Source: an uncultured Chloroflexia bacterium (GTDB taxonomy: Bacteria > Chloroflexota > Anaerolineae > Anaerolineales > Anaerolineaceae). From it: a DNA stretch of 32,000 nt. This document shows, piece after piece, positions 8,083 through 15,869 of the stretch. The notes beneath the pieces were generated by a model, which saw only the letters and a program-made list of their open reading frames with translations, made no database searches and was not told the DNA's origin. Both the position numbers and the translations under genes were made by a program. Location: NCBI GenBank assembly GCA_963704755.1, contig OY969938.1:4500001-4532000 (forward strand), read 5' to 3'. Each line of letters opens with the position of its first letter. Position 1 is the stretch's first letter.

Positions 8083-8112
8083 TTATTAAAGTGTCTAACA
8101 CCAAGCTGGCAA
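8083..8112 (-). promoter_or_regulatory. possible promoter of the NMO-family gene
   Basis: On the minus strand: TTGCCA (8107-8112), 18 nt, TAATAA (8083-8088). This would give a very short leader carrying the GGAG. Confidence 0.3.
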
Positions 8113-8159
8113 CCAGGGTGTGGAGGTAATGAGGGTCTTTGAAATTTGTCGTAAAGAAT

Positions 8160-8214
8160 CCTATATTTGGGAGTGTGCGTGCGGAGGAGCCGCACGCACA
8201 CTCCCAAATATAGG
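8160..8214. repeat. hairpin repeat H4
   Basis: 25-bp perfect stem 8160-8184 CCTATATTTGGGAGTGTGCGTGCGG / 8190-8214, loop AGGAG. There is no T-tract on either strand. Confidence 0.9.
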
Positions 8215-8305
8215 CCCTCGCCGCAGCGATTCCCATTGAGCCGGTAATTATGAGCGAGCTGAAGACGCCAGTTTTTATCAAAATAGAGAATTGCTTTGGA
8301 ATCGT

Positions 8306-8371
8306 AAAAAAATAGGGGTATTTTATTGTTTTTCGCGTGCGAAGCACGCGAAAAACAATAAAATACCCCTA
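8306..8371 (-). terminator. hairpin repeat H5, acting as the intrinsic terminator of cysS
   Basis: 28-bp perfect stem 8313-8340 TAGGGGTATTTTATTGTTTTTCGCGTGC / 8344-8371, loop GAA. A7 at 8306-8312 gives T7 immediately 3' of the stem on the minus strand. It lies 64 nt downstream of the cysS stop. Confidence 0.75.
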
Positions 8372-8434
8372 AATTCCGAGTTGGCCGGGTTAGTAACTAG
8401 AAAAATAGTTGTGTGGTGAGACGCGAAAATTGTT

Positions 8435-9817
8435 CTACGCTTTCGCTTTCACTTTCGGCCCCTCGGGCGTGTCCATCACCTCGAAACCGGCTTCGCCGAT
8501 TTGGGTGCGCAGGGCGTCGGCGTCCTGCCAACGTTTTTCTTTGCGGGCAGCCTGGCGCTGTTCGACCAGTTCCAGTACATCCGTGGGGATGATTTCTTCC
8601 TTGGGCTGCCAGTTGGCCAGGTCGAACCCCAGGACTTTATCGAATTCGAGCAGGGTGGCTTTCTTGACTTCGGCCGGGAGAGCCGAATGGACCAGCTCCC
8701 AGGTTGTGGCCACCGCGCGGGGCATGTTGAGGTCGTCGTTGATGCACTCGCTGAATTTTTCGATGAATTCCGGATCGACCTGGCCGGGTTGGCCCCAGTC
8801 GTAGGCGGCGATGCGCAAGCGGTCCAGGGATTTGGCGGCCGCATCCAGGCTGTCCCAACTGAAATTCAGCTTCTGGCGGTAAATCGCGCTCAAGCAGAAC
8901 ATACGATATGCCAGGGGGTCGTAACCGTTGTCGATCAGGGTCTGCACGCGCAGGAATTCACCGGAGGACTTGGACATGCGGTTGTTTTCGTCCACCTGCA
9001 GGAAATAGCCGTGCAGCCAGAAGTTGGCCAGGCGGGTATTGTAGCAGGCCTCGGTCTGGGCAATCTCGTTGGTGTGATGCACGGTGATGTGGTCCTCGCC
9101 GCCGCAGTGGATATCGAAGAACGAGCCCAGGTATTTGGCCGACATGGCCGAACACTCGATGTGCCAGCCGGGGAACCCAATCCCCCAGGGGCTGTCCCAT
9201 TCCATCTGGCGCTTCTGGTCGGTCGGGCTGAACTTCCACAAGGCAAAGTCGGTTGAATTGTGCTTTTCGCCCATGTCTATGCGCGCGCCGGCCTGCAGGC
9301 CCTCGATGTCCAGCCGGCCCAAATAGCCGTAACTGGGCAGTTTGGCCGTGTCGAAGTAAATGCCATCCGAAGTGCGATAAGTGTAGCCATTTTTCTCGAT
9401 GCACTGCACAAAGGCGATTTGTTCTTGAATGTGGTCGGTGGCTTTACACCAGATGGTCGGCTCGATGATGTTCAAACGGGCCAAATCGTTGCGGAATTCC
9501 TGGGTGTAAAAGGCAGCAATTTCCCAGGCAGACTTGCCGGTCCGGCGCGAGCCGGCCTCCATTTTATCCTCTCCGGTATCGGCGTCCGAAACCAGGTGGC
9601 CCACGTCGGTGATGTTCATCACGTGCTTGACCTGGTACCCGTTGAAGGCCAGCGTGCGGCGCAAGATATCCTCGAAGATGTAGGTGCGCAGGTTGCCGAT
9701 GTGGGCGTAGTTGTACACGGTTGGCCCACAGGTGTACAGGCCGACTTCGGGTGCGTGCAACGGTTCGAACGCTCGCAAAGAGCGCGTGTAGGTATCGTAA
9801 AGGGTTAATGGCGACAT
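8435..9817 (-). CDS. cysS: cysteine--tRNA ligase
   Basis: 460 aa. Class I signatures HIGN ([12 protein letters not shown]) and KMSKS ([10 protein letters not shown]). AGGAGAAGG lies 5 nt upstream of the ATG. Confidence 0.97.
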   Translation of the reverse strand: MSPLTLYDTYTRSLRAFEPLHAPEVGLYTCGPTVYNYAHIGNLRTYIFEDILRRTLAFNGYQVKHVMNITDVGHLVSDADTGEDKMEAGSRRTGKSAWEIAAFYTQEFRNDLARLNIIEPTIWCKATDHIQEQIAFVQCIEKNGYTYRTSDGIYFDTAKLPSYGYLGRLDIEGLQAGARIDMGEKHNSTDFALWKFSPTDQKRQMEWDSPWGIGFPGWHIECSAMSAKYLGSFFDIHCGGEDHITVHHTNEIAQTEACYNTRLANFWLHGYFLQVDENNRMSKSSGEFLRVQTLIDNGYDPLAYRMFCLSAIYRQKLNFSWDSLDAAAKSLDRLRIAAYDWGQPGQVDPEFIEKFSECINDDLNMPRAVATTWELVHSALPAEVKKATLLEFDKVLGFDLANWQPKEEIIPTDVLELVEQRQAARKEKRWQDADALRTQIGEAGFEVMDTPEGPKVKAKA

Positions 9818-9883
9818 TTTTGCCTTCTCCTAAGATTCGCCGGGCAAAAAAATCCCGGTAGGTTAACTAATTTTACACGATAA

Positions 9884-10242
9884 GAGTGAGGGAAGAAGAG
9901 AAAAGAGAATGGAGATTAGTTTATAAGGCAACGAGGGAATAAGAAAATGAGGGGTGAGGCAGCAGTTACATTGAGAATGTCAAACGAATTGTGTAAATGG
10001 ATTGCACACTAAAAACCCATTCGATTGGTCAAAGCGATCGGCCCGGTCTCCAGACCGAGGCCGCTCTTCCTGGCCGGCCAATAAGAGCGGCCTCGGTCTG
10101 GAGACCGGGCCGATCCACTTTAGGGCAAAGCGCTGGCTTACCGCGAAACCCTCTTCGCCTCATCAACTTGTTGCCTAATCGAACTCGGTGCCCAATCGAC
10201 TAATTTCTAATCTCTATTCTCTAATCTCTCTCTTCCTCCGCC
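9884..10242. repeat. ~360-bp nested imperfect foldback surrounding the 80-bp palindrome
   Basis: Collinear inverted matches: GAGAATGGAGATTAG 9905-9919 versus rc of 10207-10221 (14/15); AGGCAACGAG 9926-9935 versus rc of 10167-10176 (9/10); ATGAGGGGTGAGG 9947-9959 versus rc of 10150-10163 (ATGAGGCGAAGAGG). These surround the perfect core at 10036-10115. Confidence 0.7.
10036..10115. repeat. GC-rich 80-bp near-perfect palindrome
   Basis: 33-nt arms GATCGGCCCGGTCTCCAGACCGAGGCCGCTCTT (10036-10068) and the exact reverse complement (10083-10115). The 14-nt centre CCTGGCCGGCCAAT contains the self-complementary TGGCCGGCCA. Confidence 0.95.
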
Positions 10243-11645
10243 TTAAAGCTAAAATATTGCTCGAAATCGACATCCCAGCCCTGGGGGTGAAATTCACCGC
10301 TGGCTTTATCCTGAAGGTAGTTTCCATTATATTGGCCGCCGACGATGGCCTGCAGGGCTTCGACCAGCCGGTCCACATCGGAGCAGGTGTTGTACAGTCC
10401 AAAGGAAATCCGCACCATTCCGGGCACCTGGCGGCGATCATTTTCGAGGATAGCCTCGCGCACGTAGGTGGCCGACCGGGGGTCGATGCCCATCAGTTGT
10501 AACAGGTAGGGGTGGGCGCAAAAACAGCCGTTGCGCACCCCAATGCCGAACTCGTGGCCTAATATGGCCGCCACCAGGAAATGAGACATGCCCTGGATAT
10601 TGATCGGCACGACGCCCAGGCGGCTGGCTGCCTGGGAGGGGTCCCGATCGCCGTAAATCTCGATCTGGGGGATGCGGTTCAGCTTTTCCAAAGTGTAGGC
10701 GGTCAGTTCAGCTTCGTGGGCGGCTACCTGCGGCATGCCAATAGCTTGCAGTTGGGCCACCGCCGCGGCCATGGCAATCGCACCGACCGTATTCGGGCTG
10801 CCGGCCTCTTCACGTTCAGGCGGTTCGGACCATTCGACCCGCTCAAGGGTGACGATCTCCACCTGGCCGCCGCCACGCATATCCGGTTCGCCTTGCTCGA
10901 AGGTCGCCCGCCGTCCCACCAGGGCGCCGCTGCCGAAGGGCGCGTACATTTTGTGCGCCGAGAGCGACACATAATCGAAGTGGTCCGGTGCGGCCGGATC
11001 CCCCATTACGACTTGCCGGTGAGGGGCCAGTTGCGCGCAGTCTACCATGACCTCGGCCCCGACGGCGTGAGCCTTTTCGGCCAGCCTGTGGGCGGGGTTG
11101 ATATAACCGGTGACGTTGCTGGCCCCGCTGATGGAAATCAAAGCCAGGTGGTCTTTGTACTGGGCCAGTTTGCGGTCAAAGTCGGCTTCGTCCAGGCGTC
11201 CATCCGCCAGGACCTGGACATGAACCACTTTACCGGCGGCTGCCCGCCAGGGAAGGTCGTTGGAGTGGTGTTCCATCGAGGTGACCAGGACCACGTTTCG
11301 TTCGCGGGTAAAAGGAAAGCGCCGGGCCAATTTGTTGATCGCTTCGGTAGTGTTTTTGCCAAAAATGCAAACATGTTCGCGCGGATCAGCCCCGACGAAG
11401 TTCAAGATTTCTTCACGGGCTTTTTCATAGGCATAAGTGGCCAACTGGCTTTTGAACCCCGTACCGCGGTGCACGCTGGAATAGAACTCCAGGAAATTGT
11501 CAACTGTATCCCGGACATGTTTCAGCGCCGGCGTCGAGGCAGCGTTGTCCAGGTTTACATAGGGGGTTGTGCTTCCATCTAAAAGCGGTACTTCTTCCTC
11601 TAACCCGACGAATAATGAGCGAAATGTGGTTTCTGTCCTGTCCAT
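10221..11645 (-). CDS. class V aminotransferase-fold PLP enzyme (cysteine desulfurase / selenocysteine lyase-like)
   Basis: PLP-lysine motif SLSAHKMYAPFGSGAL. Cys loop GVRNGCFCAHPY resembles the SufS/CsdA active-site loop. Start moved to M26 of the track ORF (complement of 11643-11645), which is preceded by GAGGAG. Confidence 0.85.
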   Translation of the reverse strand: MDRTETTFRSLFVGLEEEVPLLDGSTTPYVNLDNAASTPALKHVRDTVDNFLEFYSSVHRGTGFKSQLATYAYEKAREEILNFVGADPREHVCIFGKNTTEAINKLARRFPFTRERNVVLVTSMEHHSNDLPWRAAAGKVVHVQVLADGRLDEADFDRKLAQYKDHLALISISGASNVTGYINPAHRLAEKAHAVGAEVMVDCAQLAPHRQVVMGDPAAPDHFDYVSLSAHKMYAPFGSGALVGRRATFEQGEPDMRGGGQVEIVTLERVEWSEPPEREEAGSPNTVGAIAMAAAVAQLQAIGMPQVAAHEAELTAYTLEKLNRIPQIEIYGDRDPSQAASRLGVVPINIQGMSHFLVAAILGHEFGIGVRNGCFCAHPYLLQLMGIDPRSATYVREAILENDRRQVPGMVRISFGLYNTCSDVDRLVEALQAIVGGQYNGNYLQDKASGEFHPQGWDVDFEQYFSFKAEEERD

Positions 11646-11753
11646 GATCTCCTCTGAAAAGTAATTTTGGTAATGATGCGGCATTAAACGCCTATCGAAT
11701 AATCCGGATGGGGTTACCATTCTTCGTTGTGGTCGATGCCCCTGAATTTAAAG

Positions 11754-11782
11754 TGTCAGCGGGAGCTTTGCCCCCGCTGACA
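11754..11782. other. 10-bp stem-loop upstream of the aminotransferase gene
   Basis: TGTCAGCGGG (11754-11763) pairs with CCCGCTGACA (11773-11782), with a 9-nt loop. No T-tract; function unknown. Confidence 0.4.
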
Positions 11783-12023
11783 ACATTATCGAGGTTCTCA
11801 CCCCAAATATACCCGATCTTGTGCTGAAAAACGTCACTTAAAATGCGATAAATATGTGACATTAAAAAATCGGCCAGATTCCGGCCGGGAAATTGTCCCA
11901 TTTAATCAAGAGGCACTAAATACGGCGGGTATTGCTTAATGATCCCCTACATATTGGGGAATTTTTTCGCGTCGGGGCAGTGTGGAAGCGGGTTTAATTC
12001 TTAAATCAATTTGTAAATAATAC

Positions 12024-12052
12024 TTGCAAAACCTCCTCAAATCAGCTATACT
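12024..12052 (+). promoter_or_regulatory. dcw cluster promoter (Pmra-like)
   Basis: TTGCAA (12024-12029), exactly 17 nt, TATACT (12047-12052). It is directly followed by the GTGGN repeats. Confidence 0.6.
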
Positions 12053-12087
12053 GTGGGAGAAAGTGGAGAAAAGTGGGAGAAAGTGGT
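12053..12087 (+). promoter_or_regulatory. MraZ operator: four direct GTGGN repeats with 10-bp phasing
   Basis: GTGGG 12053-12057, GTGGA 12063-12067, GTGGG 12073-12077, GTGGT 12083-12087, each separated by an A/G-rich 5-mer (AGAAA/GAAAA). This matches the repeat-plus-5-nt-spacer layout known for MraZ binding upstream of mraZ. Confidence 0.65.
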
Positions 12088-12088
12088 T

Positions 12089-12114
12089 GGAACGCCGGTT
12101 GGGCCCGGCGTTCC
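12089..12114 (+). other. 10-bp GC-rich stem-loop in the mraZ 5' leader
   Basis: GGAACGCCGG (12089-12098) pairs with CCGGCGTTCC (12105-12114), loop TTGGGC. No T-tract. It lies 6 nt before the AAGGGAG ribosome-binding site. Confidence 0.5.
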
Positions 12115-12138
12115 GCCGTTAAGGGAGTTGTAGAACTT

Positions 12139-12573
12139 ATGTTCCTCGGTCAATTTGAGCACACCATCGATGATAAAGGCCGAATGACTATCCCGTCTCG
12201 TTATCGTGAGATGATCGATGGCGGTGCTTATATTACACGAGGATTCGACCAGAACCTGATGGTATTGACAACAGCCTCCTTTGACGGAATTTCGGAATCG
12301 ATCCGCACCACCAGCGTAACCGATGCGGATGCCCGGGCGCTCAAACGCTGGATTTTTTCAAACGCCAGTTGGGTTGAGGTGGACAAAGCCGGCCGGATTT
12401 TGATCCCGCAATGGCTGCGGTCCAGCGCCTCACTGGAAAGTAACGCTGTAGTTGTAGGAGCAGGGGAATACTTTGAGATTTGGGCGCCAGAGCAGTGGAA
12501 CCGCCAGGTCGAGGAAACCCAGGACACTGACACAACTACCCGACGTTTTTCCTCGTTTAATATTCCACTTTAG
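12139..12573 (+). CDS. mraZ: transcriptional regulator MraZ
   Basis: MFLGQFEHTIDDKGRMTIPSRYR plus a second DKAGRILIPQWLR repeat (two SpoVT/AbrB-like halves). Start moved to the ATG at 12139 (M23 of the track ORF), downstream of AAGGGAG. Confidence 0.93.
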   Translation: MFLGQFEHTIDDKGRMTIPSRYREMIDGGAYITRGFDQNLMVLTTASFDGISESIRTTSVTDADARALKRWIFSNASWVEVDKAGRILIPQWLRSSASLESNAVVVGAGEYFEIWAPEQWNRQVEETQDTDTTTRRFSSFNIPL

Positions 12574-13521
12574 ATGAATACCCCTACGGAAAACCGCGAG
12601 GAATATCCGCACCAACCTGTACTTTACCATGAAATTATACACGCTTTGATGCCACAAAGCCCAGGAAGGTACATCGACGCCACGGTTGGCGCCGGAGGAC
12701 ACGCCTGGGGAATACTTGAACAAAGTGCGCCGGACGGTCAATTATTGGCACTGGATCGTGACCCACAGGCGTTGGCATTGGCAAGCCGGCGTCTTTTTGA
12801 ATATCAACAGCGGGTCACTTTTGTTCATACTTCCTACACTCACCTGGGCGAAGAGCTTCAAAAACTGGGTTGGCCTGAAGTTCAAGGGATTGTTTTTGAC
12901 CTGGGGGTTTCTTCTATGCAGATTGATACCGCAATACGTGGTTTCTCATTCCTGGCTGAAGGACCTTTGGACATGCGCTTCGATCCCGATCAAAAGGAAA
13001 GCGCGGCCGACCTGGTGAATCACTTACCGGAGCAGGATCTGGCGAACCTGATCTGGCGCTACGGCGAGGAACGCTACAGTCGGCGAATTGCGCGGGCCAT
13101 TTGCCTGGCCAGGCCACTGGAGACGACCACTGAACTGGCCGAGGTAATTCGTAGAGCGGTAGGTGGCCAACGGGAACGCATCCATCCGGCGACCCGGACC
13201 TTCCAGGCGCTGCGCATCGCAGTCAACCAGGAGCTGATGTCCATCGAACAGGCTTTGCCTCAGGCAGTAGATGCATTGGCCGGCGGCGGCCGGCTGGCGG
13301 TCATTTCCTTCCACTCTATGGAGGACCGGATTGTCAAGCAGTTTTTCCGCCGGGAAAGCCGTGATTGTATCTGCCCACCGGAACAGCCGGTATGCACCTG
13401 CGGGCACAAAGCGTCTCTGCGAGAAATTACCCGGAAGCCAGTCCTTCCGGGGGCAGAAGAAATCGAGTCGAACTCACGCTCGCGCAGCGCGCGAATGAGG
13501 GTGGCTGAAAAATTAGCATAA
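12574..13521 (+). CDS. rsmH: 16S rRNA (cytosine1402-N4)-methyltransferase
   Basis: [42 protein letters not shown]. The ATG immediately follows the mraZ stop. Confidence 0.95.
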   Translation: MNTPTENREEYPHQPVLYHEIIHALMPQSPGRYIDATVGAGGHAWGILEQSAPDGQLLALDRDPQALALASRRLFEYQQRVTFVHTSYTHLGEELQKLGWPEVQGIVFDLGVSSMQIDTAIRGFSFLAEGPLDMRFDPDQKESAADLVNHLPEQDLANLIWRYGEERYSRRIARAICLARPLETTTELAEVIRRAVGGQRERIHPATRTFQALRIAVNQELMSIEQALPQAVDALAGGGRLAVISFHSMEDRIVKQFFRRESRDCICPPEQPVCTCGHKASLREITRKPVLPGAEEIESNSRSRSARMRVAEKLA

Positions 13522-13592
13522 CTGGCACAGATTGTGCACGCCTTCGAATGATAAACATACCTTAACCGTTTCTTGGAGTTGAGAGAACAGCA

Positions 13593-14060
13593 ATGAACCA
13601 ACGCATTATTCAGGCATATCGTCAAGCACCCTGGCGTGTACAACTCCAGTGGATTGGCATTTTCCTGTTGGTGCTGGTGGTTGGGATGGTGGTAGCCGGG
13701 GTTTACCTCAACGTAACCGCCCAGGCGACATCCGCCGGAACGAGCATTCATGACCTTGAAATTGAACGCGAAAACCTGCACATCAGCATTGCCGATTCGC
13801 GGACACAGTTGGCGCACTTGAATTCCTCTGTGTTGATGTCTGTACGCGCGGACGCCATGGGTTACAAGCAAGCGACCCAGGCTGATATTGTATATTTACC
13901 CGTACCCGATTATCCCGGACGACAGGTGGTGTTGTTGGCCCCGCCGCCGGCTTCTCAGGCCGAAACAAATAGCCTGATCAAGCCGGCCTACAAAGAATCA
14001 CTTTGGGAATGGTTCTACCAGGGCGCCTTCAACCTTTCCTTGAGCGGAGGCCAGAAGTGA
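13593..14060 (+). CDS. ftsL: FtsL-like cell division protein (single N-terminal TM helix plus coiled coil)
   Basis: Position between rsmH and ftsI. TM segment WIGIFLLVLVVGMVVAGVYL is followed by the heptad-like region IHDLEIERENLHISIADSRTQLAHL. Sequence similarity cannot be verified without a search. Confidence 0.55.
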   Translation: MNQRIIQAYRQAPWRVQLQWIGIFLLVLVVGMVVAGVYLNVTAQATSAGTSIHDLEIERENLHISIADSRTQLAHLNSSVLMSVRADAMGYKQATQADIVYLPVPDYPGRQVVLLAPPPASQAETNSLIKPAYKESLWEWFYQGAFNLSLSGGQK

Positions 14061-15862
14061 ACGCAAGTGGAGCCGGAAGGCTGCGTTTATTAGGTAGTGT
14101 TTTTATGGGGGTTTCTCTGTTGATTCTGGGTCAGATGATCCGCATCCAGCATAATCCGCGTGCGCTGGATATGAGCCAATACCTGGCCGAGACCTCCAAC
14201 CAGCAGGTCCGCGAGATCACCCCCGAACGCGGCAATATTTACGACACCTGGGGTAACCTGTTGGCGGGAAATGAGGAGGTTTACGAGGTGGGTATCGCCC
14301 CCTCGCAGATCGTCAACCCGGAAGTTGTTGCCCAGGATTTATCCAGTGTGCTTAACCTGGATTATAATACCGTGCTTAATATCGCAAAATCCTATACCGA
14401 AACCGGTAAAGATAATTATCAGGTTGTAAAAGACTTTGTGCCCGCCGATCAAATTGCTGTTTTGGAGCAAAAATCCTCCGATTACGACAACGCGCCCGCT
14501 CCCAAAAAAGGGCTTGCGCCTTCATTAAATGGCGTCCACTGGGTTGCGCATCTCATTCGCCGTTATCCTGAAAATGATCTGGCCTCGAATGTGCTCGGTT
14601 TTTATAACTATCTCGATCGCCAGACCAGCCATGGTATGTTCGGACTGGAAGAACAGTACGACAACTTGCTTTCGGGTACCAAGGAGCAGGTCGTGCTGCC
14701 GATGAACCCCTCCGAGGTGCAGACACTCCCGGATGTTCCACCAGGCGCCAGCCTGGTGCTTTCGCTTGACCGGGATGTCCAGGCGGCCATGGAAGATATT
14801 ATCGAAAAAGCAGTGGCCGACAACAAAGCCCAGTCCGGTACGTTGATCGTGGAAAACCCCAAGACAGGTGATATTATCGCCATGGCCACTACCCCGGAAT
14901 TCAACCCGAACGAGTACTGGCGCTACGACGAAATTTTCCCGGCCGGAAGCTACTTCGACCGTGCGATCAGCCAATTATACGAGCCTGGTTCGGTGTTCAA
15001 AGTGCTGACGATGGCAGCCGCACTGGATGCGGGCGCCGTGACCCCGGATACCACATTCGTCGATACCGGCGCAATCGAGGTGGGCGGCATCTGGATCTAC
15101 AACTGGGACCGCGGCGCCTGGGGCCCCCAGGACATGACCGGTTGTATGCAGCACTCTCTGAACGTCTGCCTGGCCTGGGTTGCCGAACAATTAGGCCCAA
15201 CCCAGTTTTATAATTACATACAAAACTTTGGCATCGGCCACTCGACCGGTATCGACCTGGCCGGCGAACAGGTCTATCCGCTCAGCCTGCCCGGCGATTC
15301 GAATTGGTACCCGGTCAACCTGGGCACCAACGCTTTTGGCCAGGGCGTGGCGGCCACCCCCCTGCAAATGATCACCGCCATCTCGGCGGTTGCCAATGAT
15401 GGTAAGATGATGGCACCCCACCTGGTGAAATCCTACATCCAGGATGGGAAGCAGTATGATGTTTATCCACGCGAGGTCCGCCAGGTGGTGACTCCGCAAA
15501 CGGCTCACACCCTGACGAATATGCTGGCCAATTCTCTGGAGAACGAAGCCTCTTCGGCCCTGGTCGATGGGTACCGCCTGGCCGGCAAGACCGGCACCGG
15601 CGAAATCCCTGGGCCGGACGGTTACGATAGTACCCTCACCAACGCCTCCTTCGTAGGTTGGGGGCCGGTGGATGATCCACAGTTTGTGGTCTATATCTGG
15701 CTGGAAAAACCAGAGAATTCTCCCTGGGGCTCGGTAGTCGCGGCCCCGGTCTTCCACGACGCTGTCCAAAAACTGGTCGTACTGATGCATTTGCCCCCAG
15801 ACTCGGTCCGGCAACAATACGGCGAAGCCAGTATCACACCAACACCAACAGCTACCCCTTGA
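14057..15862 (+). CDS. ftsI: penicillin-binding protein, class B transpeptidase (FtsI/PBP3-like)
   Basis: SxxK (GSVFKV), SxN (HSLNV), KTGT. I prefer the GTG at 14057 (GTGA overlap with the ftsL stop, GGAGG 6 nt upstream) over the TTG at 14003 in the track. Confidence 0.9.
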   Translation: MNASGAGRLRLLGSVFMGVSLLILGQMIRIQHNPRALDMSQYLAETSNQQVREITPERGNIYDTWGNLLAGNEEVYEVGIAPSQIVNPEVVAQDLSSVLNLDYNTVLNIAKSYTETGKDNYQVVKDFVPADQIAVLEQKSSDYDNAPAPKKGLAPSLNGVHWVAHLIRRYPENDLASNVLGFYNYLDRQTSHGMFGLEEQYDNLLSGTKEQVVLPMNPSEVQTLPDVPPGASLVLSLDRDVQAAMEDIIEKAVADNKAQSGTLIVENPKTGDIIAMATTPEFNPNEYWRYDEIFPAGSYFDRAISQLYEPGSVFKVLTMAAALDAGAVTPDTTFVDTGAIEVGGIWIYNWDRGAWGPQDMTGCMQHSLNVCLAWVAEQLGPTQFYNYIQNFGIGHSTGIDLAGEQVYPLSLPGDSNWYPVNLGTNAFGQGVAATPLQMITAISAVANDGKMMAPHLVKSYIQDGKQYDVYPREVRQVVTPQTAHTLTNMLANSLENEASSALVDGYRLAGKTGTGEIPGPDGYDSTLTNASFVGWGPVDDPQFVVYIWLEKPENSPWGSVVAAPVFHDAVQKLVVLMHLPPDSVRQQYGEASITPTPTATP

Positions 15863-15869
15863 GGTCCTT

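Noticed and set aside
8064-8207. N-terminal extensions of track ORFs: the NMO gene to 8207, mraZ from 12073, ftsI from 14003, murG from 20763, murC from 22285, ddl from 24953, the aminotransferase to 11720, and the small membrane ORF to 2922.
   Set aside because: Internal starts have proper Shine-Dalgarno sequences and match the conserved protein N-termini. The extensions overlap upstream genes or run through hairpin H4.
4973-8371. The hairpin repeats as a CRISPR array.
   Set aside because: The repeats are not identical and not regularly spaced. They are separated by whole genes rather than 30-40 bp spacers, and no cas genes are present.
9818-10035. A T-box or other riboswitch in the cysS leader.
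   Set aside because: No T-box sequence (…GGTGGTACCGCG-like) or specifier/antiterminator arrangement is seen. There is only a CT-rich tract and a 5-bp CCGGG/CCCGG stem next to the RBS.
10035-10115. Restriction-site content of the palindrome (GGTCTC/GAGACC, GGCCGGCC, CGATCG) as a sign of an engineered insert.
   Set aside because: These sites are expected by chance in a GC-rich palindrome. There are no vector-like flanks, and the symmetry decays gradually into native-looking sequence.
9997-10203. A 68-aa ORF spanning the 80-bp palindrome.
   Set aside because: It is open only because palindromic GC-rich sequence lacks stops. It has no RBS and a low-complexity Arg/Pro/Gly composition.
11692-11901. 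A 69-aa minus-strand ORF upstream of the aminotransferase gene.
   Set aside because: It has no Shine-Dalgarno sequence, overlaps the 10-bp stem-loop and shows no recognisable motif.
11868-11967. Two small hairpin-plus-T-run motifs in the divergent spacer: CGGCC-N7-GGCCG plus T6 on the minus strand near 11868-11893, and TCCCC-N8-GGGGA plus T6 on the plus strand at 11943-11967. These were considered as a possible sRNA or terminators.
   Set aside because: The stems are only 5 bp, and no convincing promoter would give a transcript ending there. The evidence is too weak to call.
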